Part shown: positions 20,038 to 29,378 of the stretch, one piece after another
Layout: each line of letters starts with the position of its first letter
Numbering within the stretch: position 1 is the stretch's first letter
Assembly (NCBI RefSeq): GCF_958453765.1
Contig: NZ_CAUDZA010000001.1
Span: 150,675 to 214,674, forward strand
Source of the DNA: Phascolarctobacterium succinatutens
Lineage (GTDB): Bacteria > Bacillota > Negativicutes > Acidaminococcales > Acidaminococcaceae
Direction of reading: 5' to 3'
Length of the DNA stretch: 64,000 bases
Made by a program: the position numbers and the translations under genes
Notes under the pieces: generated by a model
Databases searched by the model: none
Seen by the model: only the letters and a program-made list of their open reading frames with translations
Told to the model about the DNA's origin: nothing

Positions 20038-21297
20038 TTATTCTACCGTAGCCGGGTTTTCGTCAACAACCCAAGGCAGGCCGAACTTATTCAGCATATC
20101 CATGTACGGATCCGGATCGAATTCTTCCACATTGAATACGCCTTTGCCCTGCCATTGCTTAGTAATAACCAGAGCAGTACCGATCATTGCAGGAACGCCG
20201 GTGGTGTAGCTGATAGCCTGAGAGCCGACCTCTTTGTAGCATTCCTGATGGTCGCAGATATTATAAATATAAATGGTCTTTTTCTTGCCATCTTTGGTAC
20301 CGGTGAAGATACAGCCGATGTTGGTTTTGCCTACGGTGCGAGGACCGAGGGAAGCAGGATCCGGCAGCAGCGCTTTAAGGAACTGAATAGGAACGATTTC
20401 CTTGCCTTCATAGTTAATCGGCTTGGTGGACAGCATGCCAACGTTCTCCAGGCACTTCATATGTGTCAGATAGCTTTGGCCGAAGGTCATGAAGAAGCGG
20501 ATGCGTTTTACTCCGGGGATATTCTTCGCCAGAGATTCAATTTCCTCATGGTGCAGCAGATACATATCCTTCATGCCAACCTCAGGGAAATCATACTCGC
20601 GTTTAATAGCCATAGCCGGGATTTCTACCCAATGGCCGTTTTCCCAATAGGAGCCGGGAGCAGAAACCTCACGCAGATTAATTTCGGGGTTGAAGTTGGT
20701 AGCAAACGGATAACCGTGATCGCCGCCGTTGCAGTCCAGAATATCAATAGTTTCGATTTCATCAAAATAATGCTTCAGTGCATAAGCAGAGAATACACTG
20801 GTAACACCGGGGTCAAAGCCGGTGCCGAGCAGAGCCATGATGCCGGCCTGCTCAAATTTTTCTTTATAAGCCCATTGCCAGGAATAATCGAAGTAAGCAG
20901 AGAAGCCCTCTTCCTTGCAGCGCTTGTCATAAACTGCACGCCATGCAGGATCGTCAATGTTTTCCGGCTCATAGTTAGCGGTATCGATGTAATCAACCTT
21001 GCATTCCAGGCAGGCATCCATAATAGTCAGGTCCTGATAAGGCAGAGCAACATTTAGCACTGCGTCTGGCTGGTAAGCCTTAATCAGCTGTACAAGCTGT
21101 TCCTTGCTGTCAGCGTCAACCTGTGCTGTAGTAATCACAGTAGAGGTCGTGGGCTGCAGCTTTTCTTTAACTGCGTCACATTTGGACTTCGTACGGCTGG
21201 CAATACACAGCTCGGTGAAAACATTACTGTTTTGGCAGCATTTTGCGATAGCTACGCCGGCAACACCGCCGCAGCCGATTACTAATAATTTACTCAT
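20038..21297 (-). CDS. carboxynorspermidine/carboxyspermidine dehydrogenase (saccharopine dehydrogenase family)
   Basis: 419 aa; N-terminal NAD(P) Rossmann start MSKLLVIGCGGVAGVAI; a saccharopine-dehydrogenase-like C-terminal domain. Confidence 0.8.
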   Translation of the reverse strand: MSKLLVIGCGGVAGVAIAKCCQNSNVFTELCIASRTKSKCDAVKEKLQPTTSTVITTAQVDADSKEQLVQLIKAYQPDAVLNVALPYQDLTIMDACLECKVDYIDTANYEPENIDDPAWRAVYDKRCKEEGFSAYFDYSWQWAYKEKFEQAGIMALLGTGFDPGVTSVFSAYALKHYFDEIETIDILDCNGGDHGYPFATNFNPEINLREVSAPGSYWENGHWVEIPAMAIKREYDFPEVGMKDMYLLHHEEIESLAKNIPGVKRIRFFMTFGQSYLTHMKCLENVGMLSTKPINYEGKEIVPIQFLKALLPDPASLGPRTVGKTNIGCIFTGTKDGKKKTIYIYNICDHQECYKEVGSQAISYTTGVPAMIGTALVITKQWQGKGVFNVEEFDPDPYMDMLNKFGLPWVVDENPATVE

Positions 21298-21332
21298 AAT
21301 TCAAATCATCTCCTGTTCATAAATTAAATAAA

Positions 21333-22187
21333 TTATCTCTCTTCTTCCTCAAGCATATCTTCAACATACTTAGGCAGCATAAACGCTCCCTTATGCAGAT
21401 GCTCGGAATAATACCATGTTTTAATACCACGCTCCAGCCACTTCTTGGCATCAAAATCCTTCAGCGGATGATATTTCTTAGAAGCGAAGCCAAACAGCCA
21501 GTAGCCGGAAGGACAGGTCGGAATGTGCGCCTGATATACACGGCTGATGGGAAAGCTGTGGCTGGCCTTGCGGTGCATGGCGCGGCAGGTTTCCTCGTCC
21601 TCATCGTAGAAGGGACTGCCATGCTGATAAACCATGATGCCGTCCTCTTTGAGCGCACGGAAGCAGTTACCGTAGAATTCCTTGGTAAACAGGCCCGCTG
21701 CATGACCTAAGGGATCGATAGCATCGCTGATAATCAGATCGTATTCATCAACCTTGGTACGCAAAAAGCGCAGACCGTTAGCGTTGAAAACAGTTACGCG
21801 CGGGTCATCAAGACCGCAGGCGTTATCCGGAAAATAGTCACGGCAGACATCGATAAAAACATGGTCCGTTTCTACTACGTCGATTTCCTCTATTTCATCA
21901 TAATGCGTCAGCTCGCGCGCTACACCGCCGTCGCCGCCGCCGATTACCAGTACCTTGCGCACATGCGGATGCACTGCCATAGGCACATGAACAATCATTT
22001 CGTCATAAACAAATTCGTCCTTTTCTGAAAAGACTATGGTACCGTCACAGCTGATAAAGCGGCCGAATTCCTTAGATTCAAAAACGTCTATTCTTTGGAA
22101 ATCCGTATCCGCACCGAAAAGCTGCTTTTCGATTTTGATATCCAGCTTCACATCTTCTGTATGATAGTCAGAAAACCATAGCTCCAT
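21333..22187 (-). CDS. speE: spermidine synthase / polyamine aminopropyltransferase
   Basis: 284 aa; signature VLVIGGGDGGVARE...DVVETD...DAIDP of spermidine synthases. Confidence 0.85.
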   Translation of the reverse strand: MELWFSDYHTEDVKLDIKIEKQLFGADTDFQRIDVFESKEFGRFISCDGTIVFSEKDEFVYDEMIVHVPMAVHPHVRKVLVIGGGDGGVARELTHYDEIEEIDVVETDHVFIDVCRDYFPDNACGLDDPRVTVFNANGLRFLRTKVDEYDLIISDAIDPLGHAAGLFTKEFYGNCFRALKEDGIMVYQHGSPFYDEDEETCRAMHRKASHSFPISRVYQAHIPTCPSGYWLFGFASKKYHPLKDFDAKKWLERGIKTWYYSEHLHKGAFMLPKYVEDMLEEEER

Positions 22188-22200
22188 TTAATCACGTCCT

Positions 22201-23651
22201 TTATACTAATACATTGATATTATTAACATCCGGATCCTCAGGTCCCTGCATTGAGCAACCCTTTTCCTTAGCGTAAATAATATAATCGATAATATCCTTG
22301 GTAATAACCTCACCCGGCGCCAAAATAGGAATTCCCGGCGGGTAGCACATTACAAACTCACTGCAGATGCGTCCCGCAGTTTCGCGTATAGGCAAAGATT
22401 CGTCCTTGGCATAAAAAGCCTTCTGCGGCGAAACAACAACCTTAGGCGCGATATATTCGGTATTGAGCATTTGCGACGGGTCCTTGGAATACAGGCGCTT
22501 GATATCCGCCAAAGCACCTACAAGACGTTCAATATCCTGAATACGATCACCGATAGAAATATAAGCAAGAATATTGGCGATATCACCGAACTCAATCTGG
22601 ATATCATATTCATCGCGCAGCAAATCATAAACCTCGATGCCTGCAAGACCAATATCACGCGTATAGACCGAAAGCTTGGTAACATCAAAATCATAAATAC
22701 TACTGCCGTTTTTCAGCTCGCGTCCGTAAGCATAAAAGCCGCCGATAGAATTAATTTCCTCGCGGGCATACTCCGCCATCTCCTGCACCTTGCCGAAGGA
22801 TTCCTCGCCGCGCATATACAGGTTACGGCGTGAAATATCCAGGCTGGAAAGCAGAAGATACGAAGCACTGGTAGTCTGCGTCAGATTAATAATCTGGCTT
22901 ACATACTCCCAGTTAACATTCGGGCCCGTCAGCAAAAGGCTGCTCTGCGTCAGGCTGCCGCCTGATTTGTGCATGGAAACAGATGCCATGTCAGCACCGG
23001 CCGCCATCGCATTAACAGGCATATTTTTTCCGAAATAAAAATGTGTACCGTGCGCCTCGTCTACCAGGCAGAGCATGTTATGCTCATGCGCCAGCTTGAC
23101 GATAGAACGCAAATCCGAACAGATACCATAATAAGTAGGATTGTTTACGAGCACTGCCGTAGCATCGGGATTTGCCTTAATCGCCTTAGCTACCTCGCCG
23201 ATCTCCATCCCCAGAGAAATTCCCAGCTTACTGTCAACCTGCGGATTGATATAAACCGGAATCGCGCCATTAAGTACGAGCGCGTTAATCACACTTTTGT
23301 GTACATTGCGCGGCAGGATAATTTTATCGCCTGCCTTACAAGAGGACAACACCATGCTTTGCACGGACGAGGTCGTACCCCCTACCATAAAGAATGCGTG
23401 TGCCGCACCGAAAGCCTCTGCTGCCAGCTCCTCTGCGTCACGGATTACCGAAACAGGGTGGCAGAGATTATCAAGAGGCTTCATAGAGTTGACATCCAGG
23501 TTTACGCATTTTTCTCCCAGCAGCTCGCGAAGCTCCGGGTTGCCACGACCGCGCTTATGACCTGGTACATCAAATGGTACAACGCGTTTTTTACGAAAAC
23601 GCTCCAGTGCCTCGTACACCGGAGCAGAAGTTTGTGATAAATTTCCCATTT
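22201..23651 (-). CDS. speA: arginine (Orn/Lys/Arg-family) decarboxylase, PLP fold type I
   Basis: About 483 aa from MGNLSQTSAPVYEALERF (RBS GGAGAAG); PLP-lysine motif SMHKSGGSLTQSS; the track's longer 5' extension is rejected. Confidence 0.8.
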
Positions 23652-23772
23652 TCTTCTCCAAAGCATAAAAAAATAAAAGGACAGATGATATTTTCTTCTG
23701 TCCCTTTATCGTAACATTTTTAACCTGTTTCAGCAAGAGTTTTAAGAGTAACTAAGCAAAATCTTAGCCAAT

Positions 23773-25434
23773 TCAGTTTATCTCATCGTTAGCGAATTTT
23801 ACAAAATCATTAATTCCCAGTCCCGGAGCTACCATCGGGAGCACCATATTTTTAGGATTAACGCAAACCTCTATAAGATAAGGCTTCCTGCATTCCCACG
23901 CCTTGGCCACTGCCTGAGCCAAAGCCTCCGGCGTATCCGCATGCTCACCTTCAATTCCGAAGGCAGCAGCATATTTTACAAAGTCAACATAGCCCGGCAG
24001 CTCGCAGGCCGTAAAGCGTTTGGCAAACTGCACCGTCTGCAGCTGGCGTATCATTCCCAGTCCGCTGTTATTGAACACTATAGCGATAACAGGCACATTA
24101 TTGCTTGCAATAGTAAAAAGCTCGCTGCCTGTCATCTTAAAGCCGCCGTCACCGCTTATACTGATGACACGGCTCTGCGGACGCGCCATCTGTGCGCCTA
24201 ACGCAGCAGGCAGACCGAATCCCATCGTTCCCAATCCGCCGCTTGTCAGCCACTGGCGGGCAAACTGTATCTTCAAATGCTGCGCTGCCCACATCTGATG
24301 CTGGCCTACGTCCGTAGTAATAATATAATCCTTGTCCTTGAGCACCGGATTCAATGCTTTAAAAAACTTGGGCGCCTCCTCGTTTCCAAAATCATCGTCC
24401 ATCCCCGGCCAGGAGTTTATTTTGTCCCACCACGAGCTCAAATCGTGCGGCTGCGCTGCCTTTTTCAACGCATTCAGCGTTGCCACCATATCTCCAGTGA
24501 TGCCTATGCCCGAATCAATATTTTTATCTACCTCAGCAGGGTCAATATCCAAATGGATAATAAGCTTGTTGGCACTATAGCTGCTGCGCTCGCCCGTAAC
24601 GCGGTCATTAAAGCGGCTGCCGACAGCCAAAATCAGGTCAGCTTCCTTAACGGCATTATTGGCACGTTCATGTCCATGCAGGCCTGTCATTCCCAAAAAC
24701 AGCTGTCGGTAGGCACTAATCGCACCAAGCCCCATCAACGTGCTGACAACCGGAATATGCAGCTTTTCACACAAATGCATGGCATCATATTCTGCATTGG
24801 CATTGATAACGCCACCGCCGACCAGCATTACCGGGCGCTGTGCCTTGTTGATAGCCGCTGCGGCCGCTGCCACACGCTCAGCATCAGGCTCCAACGGCTG
24901 CAGCTCCGCCAGACTGGCTTCCTCAAAATCTATCAGCGCCGTCTGCACATCGCGCGGCACGTCTACCAACACCGGTCCCGGGCGTCCTTCACGCGCCAGC
25001 TGGAAGGCAAGTCGCAATGTCTGCGCCAGGTTTTCCGGCTTTTTAACTAAAAAATTATGCTTGGTAATAGGCATTGTAATACCGGTGATATCTACCTCCT
25101 GGAACGCGTCATGGCCGATAAGCGCCCTGTTTACCTGACCTGTAACGGCCACCACCGGTACGGAATCCAAAAATGCCGTTGCCAGGCCTGTGACCAGGTT
25201 GGTTGCACCGGGACCTGATGTAGCTATACACACGCCCACCTTACCTGAAGCACGCGCAAAGCCGTCTGCCGCATGCGCAGCACCCTGCTCATGCGCCGTT
25301 AATATATGTTGTATCGGACTTTGCCGTAATGCATCATAAAAAGGGAGAATCGCACCCCCGGGATATCCGAAAACCGTTGTTACCCCTTCTTCTGCCAGTA
25401 TTCTGCACATAATCTCTGCGCCGCTTAACTGCAT
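23773..25434 (-). CDS. ilvB: acetolactate synthase large subunit
   Basis: 553 aa ThDP enzyme with an N-terminus MQLSGAEIMCRILAEEGVTTVFGYPGGAILPFYDAL and the TPP-binding motif GDGGF. Confidence 0.92.
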   Translation of the reverse strand: MQLSGAEIMCRILAEEGVTTVFGYPGGAILPFYDALRQSPIQHILTAHEQGAAHAADGFARASGKVGVCIATSGPGATNLVTGLATAFLDSVPVVAVTGQVNRALIGHDAFQEVDITGITMPITKHNFLVKKPENLAQTLRLAFQLAREGRPGPVLVDVPRDVQTALIDFEEASLAELQPLEPDAERVAAAAAAINKAQRPVMLVGGGVINANAEYDAMHLCEKLHIPVVSTLMGLGAISAYRQLFLGMTGLHGHERANNAVKEADLILAVGSRFNDRVTGERSSYSANKLIIHLDIDPAEVDKNIDSGIGITGDMVATLNALKKAAQPHDLSSWWDKINSWPGMDDDFGNEEAPKFFKALNPVLKDKDYIITTDVGQHQMWAAQHLKIQFARQWLTSGGLGTMGFGLPAALGAQMARPQSRVISISGDGGFKMTGSELFTIASNNVPVIAIVFNNSGLGMIRQLQTVQFAKRFTACELPGYVDFVKYAAAFGIEGEHADTPEALAQAVAKAWECRKPYLIEVCVNPKNMVLPMVAPGLGINDFVKFANDEIN

Positions 25435-25463
25435 ACGCTCACTTCCTTCCGCAAATCTATCTC

Positions 25464-26003
25464 TTATATTGCCGCATGACCATCATCCAGCGGCGGCCAT
25501 TCAAAACGTGATTTCTCCACAGCCAGCGACGTATCACCGCGCTCTAAAGCAACAAGGCCGGTCTGTACCATTTCGGTTACGCCGTACGGGCGCATGACAT
25601 CAACAAAAGCCCGCAGCTTTCCTTCATCACCTGTAGCAACAAATATCAGTGACTCACCGGTTACATCCACAGCATGCGCACGGAACACTTCCGCCAGCTG
25701 CAACAGCTCCGGACGCTTATTTCCGGCCTTTACCTTAACCAGAATCATGCTGCGGGTAGCACTGGATTTAGGAGGCAGTACCTTGACACGTTCTACCTCA
25801 ACCAGCTTCGCCAGCTGTTTGGTAACCTGGATAATGGTCGGCTCGTCAGCCTCCATCGTCACTGTCATACGTGAGAACTCCGGATTTTGCGTCGTGCCTA
25901 CAGCCAAGCTGTCAATATTGAAGCCACGACGTGAAAACATGCCTGCTACACGCATCAGTACGCCAGGCTGATTACGTACAACAATCGATAAAATCTGCTC
26001 CAT
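25464..26003 (-). CDS. ilvN: acetolactate synthase small (regulatory) subunit
   Basis: 179 aa; ACT domain start MEQILSIVVRNQPGVLMRVAGMFSRRGFNIDSLAVG; lies upstream of ilvB. Confidence 0.9.
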   Translation of the reverse strand: MEQILSIVVRNQPGVLMRVAGMFSRRGFNIDSLAVGTTQNPEFSRMTVTMEADEPTIIQVTKQLAKLVEVERVKVLPPKSSATRSMILVKVKAGNKRPELLQLAEVFRAHAVDVTGESLIFVATGDEGKLRAFVDVMRPYGVTEMVQTGLVALERGDTSLAVEKSRFEWPPLDDGHAAI

Positions 26004-26196
26004 ATCTTTCCCTCCTGCAATAACATGTCTACAGTTCTGATGCTCTTACAAATCTGTCAGGCTTGCCGGCATCATCTAATCAGTGTTTTTTTATTATTTC
26101 AGCAAGCAGTTTTTTTGTCAACAGAAAGTGTAATATTTGTAAATTATTTTTCGATTGCAGCTTATTAGTGTAAACACTATTACAGATTTCAGTGTA

Positions 26197-26229
26197 CAAA
26201 AAAGCTCACGCAGCTATTGCTACGTGAGC
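26197..26229 (-). terminator. terminator 1 downstream of tRNA-Leu (minus strand)
   Basis: Hairpin gctcacg...cgtgagc with a U-run on the minus transcript. Confidence 0.6.
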
Positions 26230-26278
26230 AGTAAAACCTCCAACAGCATTCTTTTGTTTAACAGTTGAAGCATATAAT

Positions 26279-26309
26279 CAAAAAGCTCACGTGACCATTC
26301 CACGTGAGC
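26279..26309 (-). terminator. terminator 2 downstream of tRNA-Leu (minus strand)
   Basis: Hairpin gctcacgtg...cacgtgagc with a U-run; tandem with terminator 1. Confidence 0.6.
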
Positions 26310-26323
26310 CTGATTTATAAGGT

Positions 26324-26408
26324 TGGTGCGAGTGACAGGAATCGAACCTGCACGCCGAAAGGCGCTAGATCCTAAGTCTAGTGCGTCTGCCAGTTCCGCC
26401 ACACTCGC
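26324..26408 (-). tRNA. tRNA-Leu (anticodon TAG)
   Basis: 85-nt cloverleaf by hand folding: GCGAGTG acceptor stem, long variable arm, T-loop GGTTCGATTCC, anticodon loop CTTAGGA, 3' CCA encoded. Confidence 0.85.
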
Positions 26409-26500
26409 ATATAAAATATTATATCATAACAAGAACATCTATGGCAACTGTCCATGTAAACAAAAAGCCGTCCTTCTTTCGAAGAACGGCCTTAAATTCG

Positions 26501-26576
26501 TGGTGATCCACCCGAGACTCGAACTCGGGACACCCTGATTAAAAGTCAGGTGCTCTACCAACTGAGCTAGTGGATC
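26501..26576 (-). tRNA. tRNA-Lys (anticodon TTT)
   Basis: 76 nt; GATCCAC/GTGGATC acceptor stem, anticodon loop CTTTTAA, T-loop GGTTCGAGTCC, CCA encoded. Confidence 0.85.
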
Positions 26577-26578
26577 AT

Positions 26579-26654
26579 TGGCTGGGGCGGCTGGACTCGA
26601 ACCAACGCATGCGGGAGTCAAAGTCCCGTGCCTTACCGACTTGGCTACGCCCCA
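26579..26654 (-). tRNA. tRNA-Gln (anticodon TTG)
   Basis: 76 nt; TGGGGCG/CGCCCCA acceptor stem, anticodon loop CTTTGAC, T-loop GGTTCGAGTCC, CCA encoded; lies 2 nt from tRNA-Lys. Confidence 0.8.
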
Positions 26655-26696
26655 AGCTTATTAGTGGTTATTCAGATTCATCCAAATCTGAAAAGG

Positions 26697-26773
26697 TGGG
26701 GTGACTGGTGGGAGTCGAACCCACGCGTAACGGAGCCACAATCCGCCGTGTTAACCACTTCACCACAGCCACC
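26697..26773 (-). tRNA. tRNA-His (anticodon GTG) with an encoded G-1
   Basis: 77 nt; extra 5' G paired to the discriminator C, anticodon loop TTGTGGC, CCA encoded. Confidence 0.85.
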
Positions 26774-26811
26774 ATCTTGTTTCCAAGCTGAATAGCTTGG
26801 CGACGAATAGT

Positions 26812-26840
26812 ATTATACTATATTCCCGGCACTGCGTCAA
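26812..26840 (-). promoter_or_regulatory. sigma-70-type promoter of the tRNA His-Gln-Lys(-Leu) cluster
   Basis: Minus strand TTGACG - 17 nt - TATAAT, about 35 nt upstream of the tRNA-His 5' end. Confidence 0.65.
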
Positions 26841-26915
26841 TAGGAAAATTTAATTTTTATAAAAAATTTTACGGCAATCACCGGACATAGTCAAAAATTG
26901 CTTCGCAGCAGTTAA

Positions 26916-27290
26916 TCAGCGGCGGGCAATAACTTCAATTTCTACATGAGCGCCTTTAGGCAGAGCTGCTACCTGTACAAATGAGCGTGCCGGCGGCTCA
27001 ATCTTAAAGGTTTTTGCATAAACAGCATTAATAGCATCAAAATTCTTGATGTCATCTACAAAAATAGTAGTTTTTACAACATCCATGAATCTGAAGCGTG
27101 CTTCCGTCAGGATAGCCTCAATATTGTCTAAAACCTGCTGAGTTTCAGCTTCGATAGAGCTTTGAACCATTTCACCTGTTTCCGGATTGATAGCAATCTG
27201 ACCGGATACAAACAGAATAGAACCTGCTAATACAGCTTGAGAATAAGGACCTAAAGCTTTGGGTGCATTTGTTGTTGCAATAACTTCCAT
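26916..27290 (-). CDS. ridA: RidA family reactive-enamine/imine deaminase
   Basis: About 124 aa from MEVIATTNAPKALGPYSQAV...; a YjgF/chorismate-mutase-like fold; RBS AAGGAGA. Confidence 0.85.
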   Translation of the reverse strand: MEVIATTNAPKALGPYSQAVLAGSILFVSGQIAINPETGEMVQSSIEAETQQVLDNIEAILTEARFRFMDVVKTTIFVDDIKNFDAINAVYAKTFKIEPPARSFVQVAALPKGAHVEIEVIARR

Positions 27291-27315
27291 GATTAAAGTC
27301 TCCTTTGCTACTTTT

Positions 27316-28203
27316 TTATTTACGGGCAAAGTATTTTTTCGCCCACTCTATAGCCGAAGGCGTTGCGGCCATACCGCCGCCTGCGGTTTCCTTCAAAGCA
27401 CAGGGAAGCGCATCCCCCACGCTCTTCATGGCATCAATTGCTTCATCAGCGTTTATAAAGCTGCTGATTCCGGCCAACGCCAGCTCTGCTGCCAACAGCG
27501 CCTGCAAAGCACAGGCTCCGTTACGTTTAATGCAGGGTACTTCTACCAGGCCTGCCACAGGATCGCAGACAAGGCCCAGCACGTTTTTAAAAACAACTGC
27601 TACTGCTGTACCAACCTGCTGCGGTGTGCCACCCAGCATAGAAACCGCAGCACCTGCTGCCATAGCCGCAGCACTGCCGCATTCTGCCTGACAGCCACCC
27701 ATAGCACCTGCCAGAGAAGCGCGCTCGTTGATTACCATACCAATACTGCCGGCAACCACCATACCACGCTGCAAGGTTGCATCGTCCAGTCCGCAGTGCT
27801 TTTTCAGGGTGAAGAACACTCCCGGAAGTACGCCGCTGGCACCTGCGGTAGGAGCAGCAACTATACGGCCCATAGCCGCGTTGCATTCACCAACTGCTGT
27901 AGCATAGATAACTGCATCCAAAGCCTTCTCGCCCAAAAGATTGACAAAGCCTTCGGCGCCTGCAGCTGCAGCCAGCTTTTTGGCATCGCCGCCGGTCAGA
28001 CCGCTATGCGAGCGGACACCGGTTAACCCATGCTCTACTGATTTCTCCATAACGTCCAGCATTTCCTGCATCTTCGCCAGTAAATCTTCCTGACTGCATT
28101 CCAACTCGCGCATATTGTAGTCTATGAGAAATTCGTCTAACGGCTGCTGCCATTCAGCAGCCTCTTTAATCCAGCTGTTCAAAGACAGCATTTCTTTTTT
28201 CAT
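27316..28203 (-). CDS. sdaAA: L-serine dehydratase, iron-sulfur-dependent, alpha subunit
   Basis: About 295 aa from MKKEMLSLNSW...; SDH_alpha domain (GxxGGxAE-like Gly-rich core, catalytic Cys-containing segments). Confidence 0.85.
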   Translation of the reverse strand: MKKEMLSLNSWIKEAAEWQQPLDEFLIDYNMRELECSQEDLLAKMQEMLDVMEKSVEHGLTGVRSHSGLTGGDAKKLAAAAGAEGFVNLLGEKALDAVIYATAVGECNAAMGRIVAAPTAGASGVLPGVFFTLKKHCGLDDATLQRGMVVAGSIGMVINERASLAGAMGGCQAECGSAAAMAAGAAVSMLGGTPQQVGTAVAVVFKNVLGLVCDPVAGLVEVPCIKRNGACALQALLAAELALAGISSFINADEAIDAMKSVGDALPCALKETAGGGMAATPSAIEWAKKYFARK

Positions 28204-28213
28204 GCTGCACCCC

Positions 28214-28879
28214 TTACAAAACACTGGCGATAAAACGCACCGATTCTATCTGCTGCAGCGCACTGATAAGATTGATAATCTCCTGCGGCACTGCCTCATC
28301 ACATTCAATAACCATAGATGCCATACCGCCCTTGTCGCTGCGGAACAAGCGCATTGTAGCGATATTTACGCCGACATTGGCCAAGGTACTGGTAACCAGC
28401 GCAATAACACCTCTTGTATCAATATGCACTGTCAAAATAGCAGGCAGGCGTCCAGTAAGCTCTACAGGGAACCCGTCAATTTCCGTAACCTGTACCTGAC
28501 CGCCGCCAACAGAAGAACCGACGATATCACAACGGGCACCATTTTCTGCAGTCAGCTTAAAAAGCACAGTGTTGGGATGAGCCTTATTGCCCAAATCAAT
28601 TTTATGATAGGAATATTCCAAGCCGTTTTTCTCCGCAAAGCTGTCAGCCTGCGGAATGCGTTCATCATCCGGCAGCCAGCCCATCAGGCCAGCAAGCAGC
28701 GCCATATCCGTGCCGTGTCCCTTATAGGTTTCGGCAAAAGAACCATGCAGATAAATTTCTGCCTTTACCGGTTTAGAGCCAAGAATACTGGCGGCCAAAA
28801 GTCCCAGACGAACAGCACCGGCAGTATGCGAGCTGGAGGGACCAATCATCACCGGTCCGATAATATCCAAAATACTCAT
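28214..28879 (-). CDS. sdaAB: L-serine dehydratase, iron-sulfur-dependent, beta subunit
   Basis: 221 aa; start MSILDIIGPVMIGPSSSHTAGAVRLG plus a C-terminal ACT-like domain. Confidence 0.85.
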   Translation of the reverse strand: MSILDIIGPVMIGPSSSHTAGAVRLGLLAASILGSKPVKAEIYLHGSFAETYKGHGTDMALLAGLMGWLPDDERIPQADSFAEKNGLEYSYHKIDLGNKAHPNTVLFKLTAENGARCDIVGSSVGGGQVQVTEIDGFPVELTGRLPAILTVHIDTRGVIALVTSTLANVGVNIATMRLFRSDKGGMASMVIECDEAVPQEIINLISALQQIESVRFIASVL

Positions 28880-28888
28880 AAAGCACCT

Positions 28889-29329
28889 CTATTCATCACT
28901 GGCCAGCGAACGATGTGCCAGTCCGACACACAGCTCATTGAGATTCAGCACGCCAACGCCCATATAAATAGCAACACAAAGATGCTCTCCGGCGCGAGCA
29001 ATACCTATTTTGCCGCCGACGTTGAAGCCAAAGGCCTTAACCTTCACCTGTTCCAACGCTTCGTGCGCCGCTCCGGCCACAGCACCGGCACCTACATGAG
29101 ATTCGGTTACCAGTCCCTGACGCTGCGCGGCAACTACAGCGCGCTCGACAATTTTTACAATAGAAGGAATAAATTCACCGCCGAAATCAACAGCTGTCGA
29201 ACGGATACCATGCTCCGCTAAGCGTTCCTTTACCTTCGTTTCCTCCATGCGACTGGAGGTAAGTGCAATACGCAAGGCAGCACGGCCGATTTCGATGCTG
29301 TTGATGCAGCTTTTACTACATTCATGCAT
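28889..29329 (-). CDS. HutP-family RNA-binding regulatory protein (paralog)
   Basis: 146 aa from MHECSK...; aligns by eye to B. subtilis HutP along its length (IGR...; ...ESH...HEAL...; G-E-H-L-x-V-A-I-Y-x-G-V-G; NELCVGLAHR vs HETFGVGINH). Confidence 0.6.
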   Translation of the reverse strand: MHECSKSCINSIEIGRAALRIALTSSRMEETKVKERLAEHGIRSTAVDFGGEFIPSIVKIVERAVVAAQRQGLVTESHVGAGAVAGAAHEALEQVKVKAFGFNVGGKIGIARAGEHLCVAIYMGVGVLNLNELCVGLAHRSLASDE

Positions 29330-29378
29330 GTTAGTCACACCCCTCACAAAACTATTTTTATATCAGCAGGCGCAAAGA

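Noticed and set aside
26320-26780. tRNA cluster as a genomic-island integration site
   Set aside because: No integrase, no duplicated tRNA 3' fragment (attL/attR) and no compositional shift on either side. The neighbouring genes are ilvNB and ridA/sdaA.
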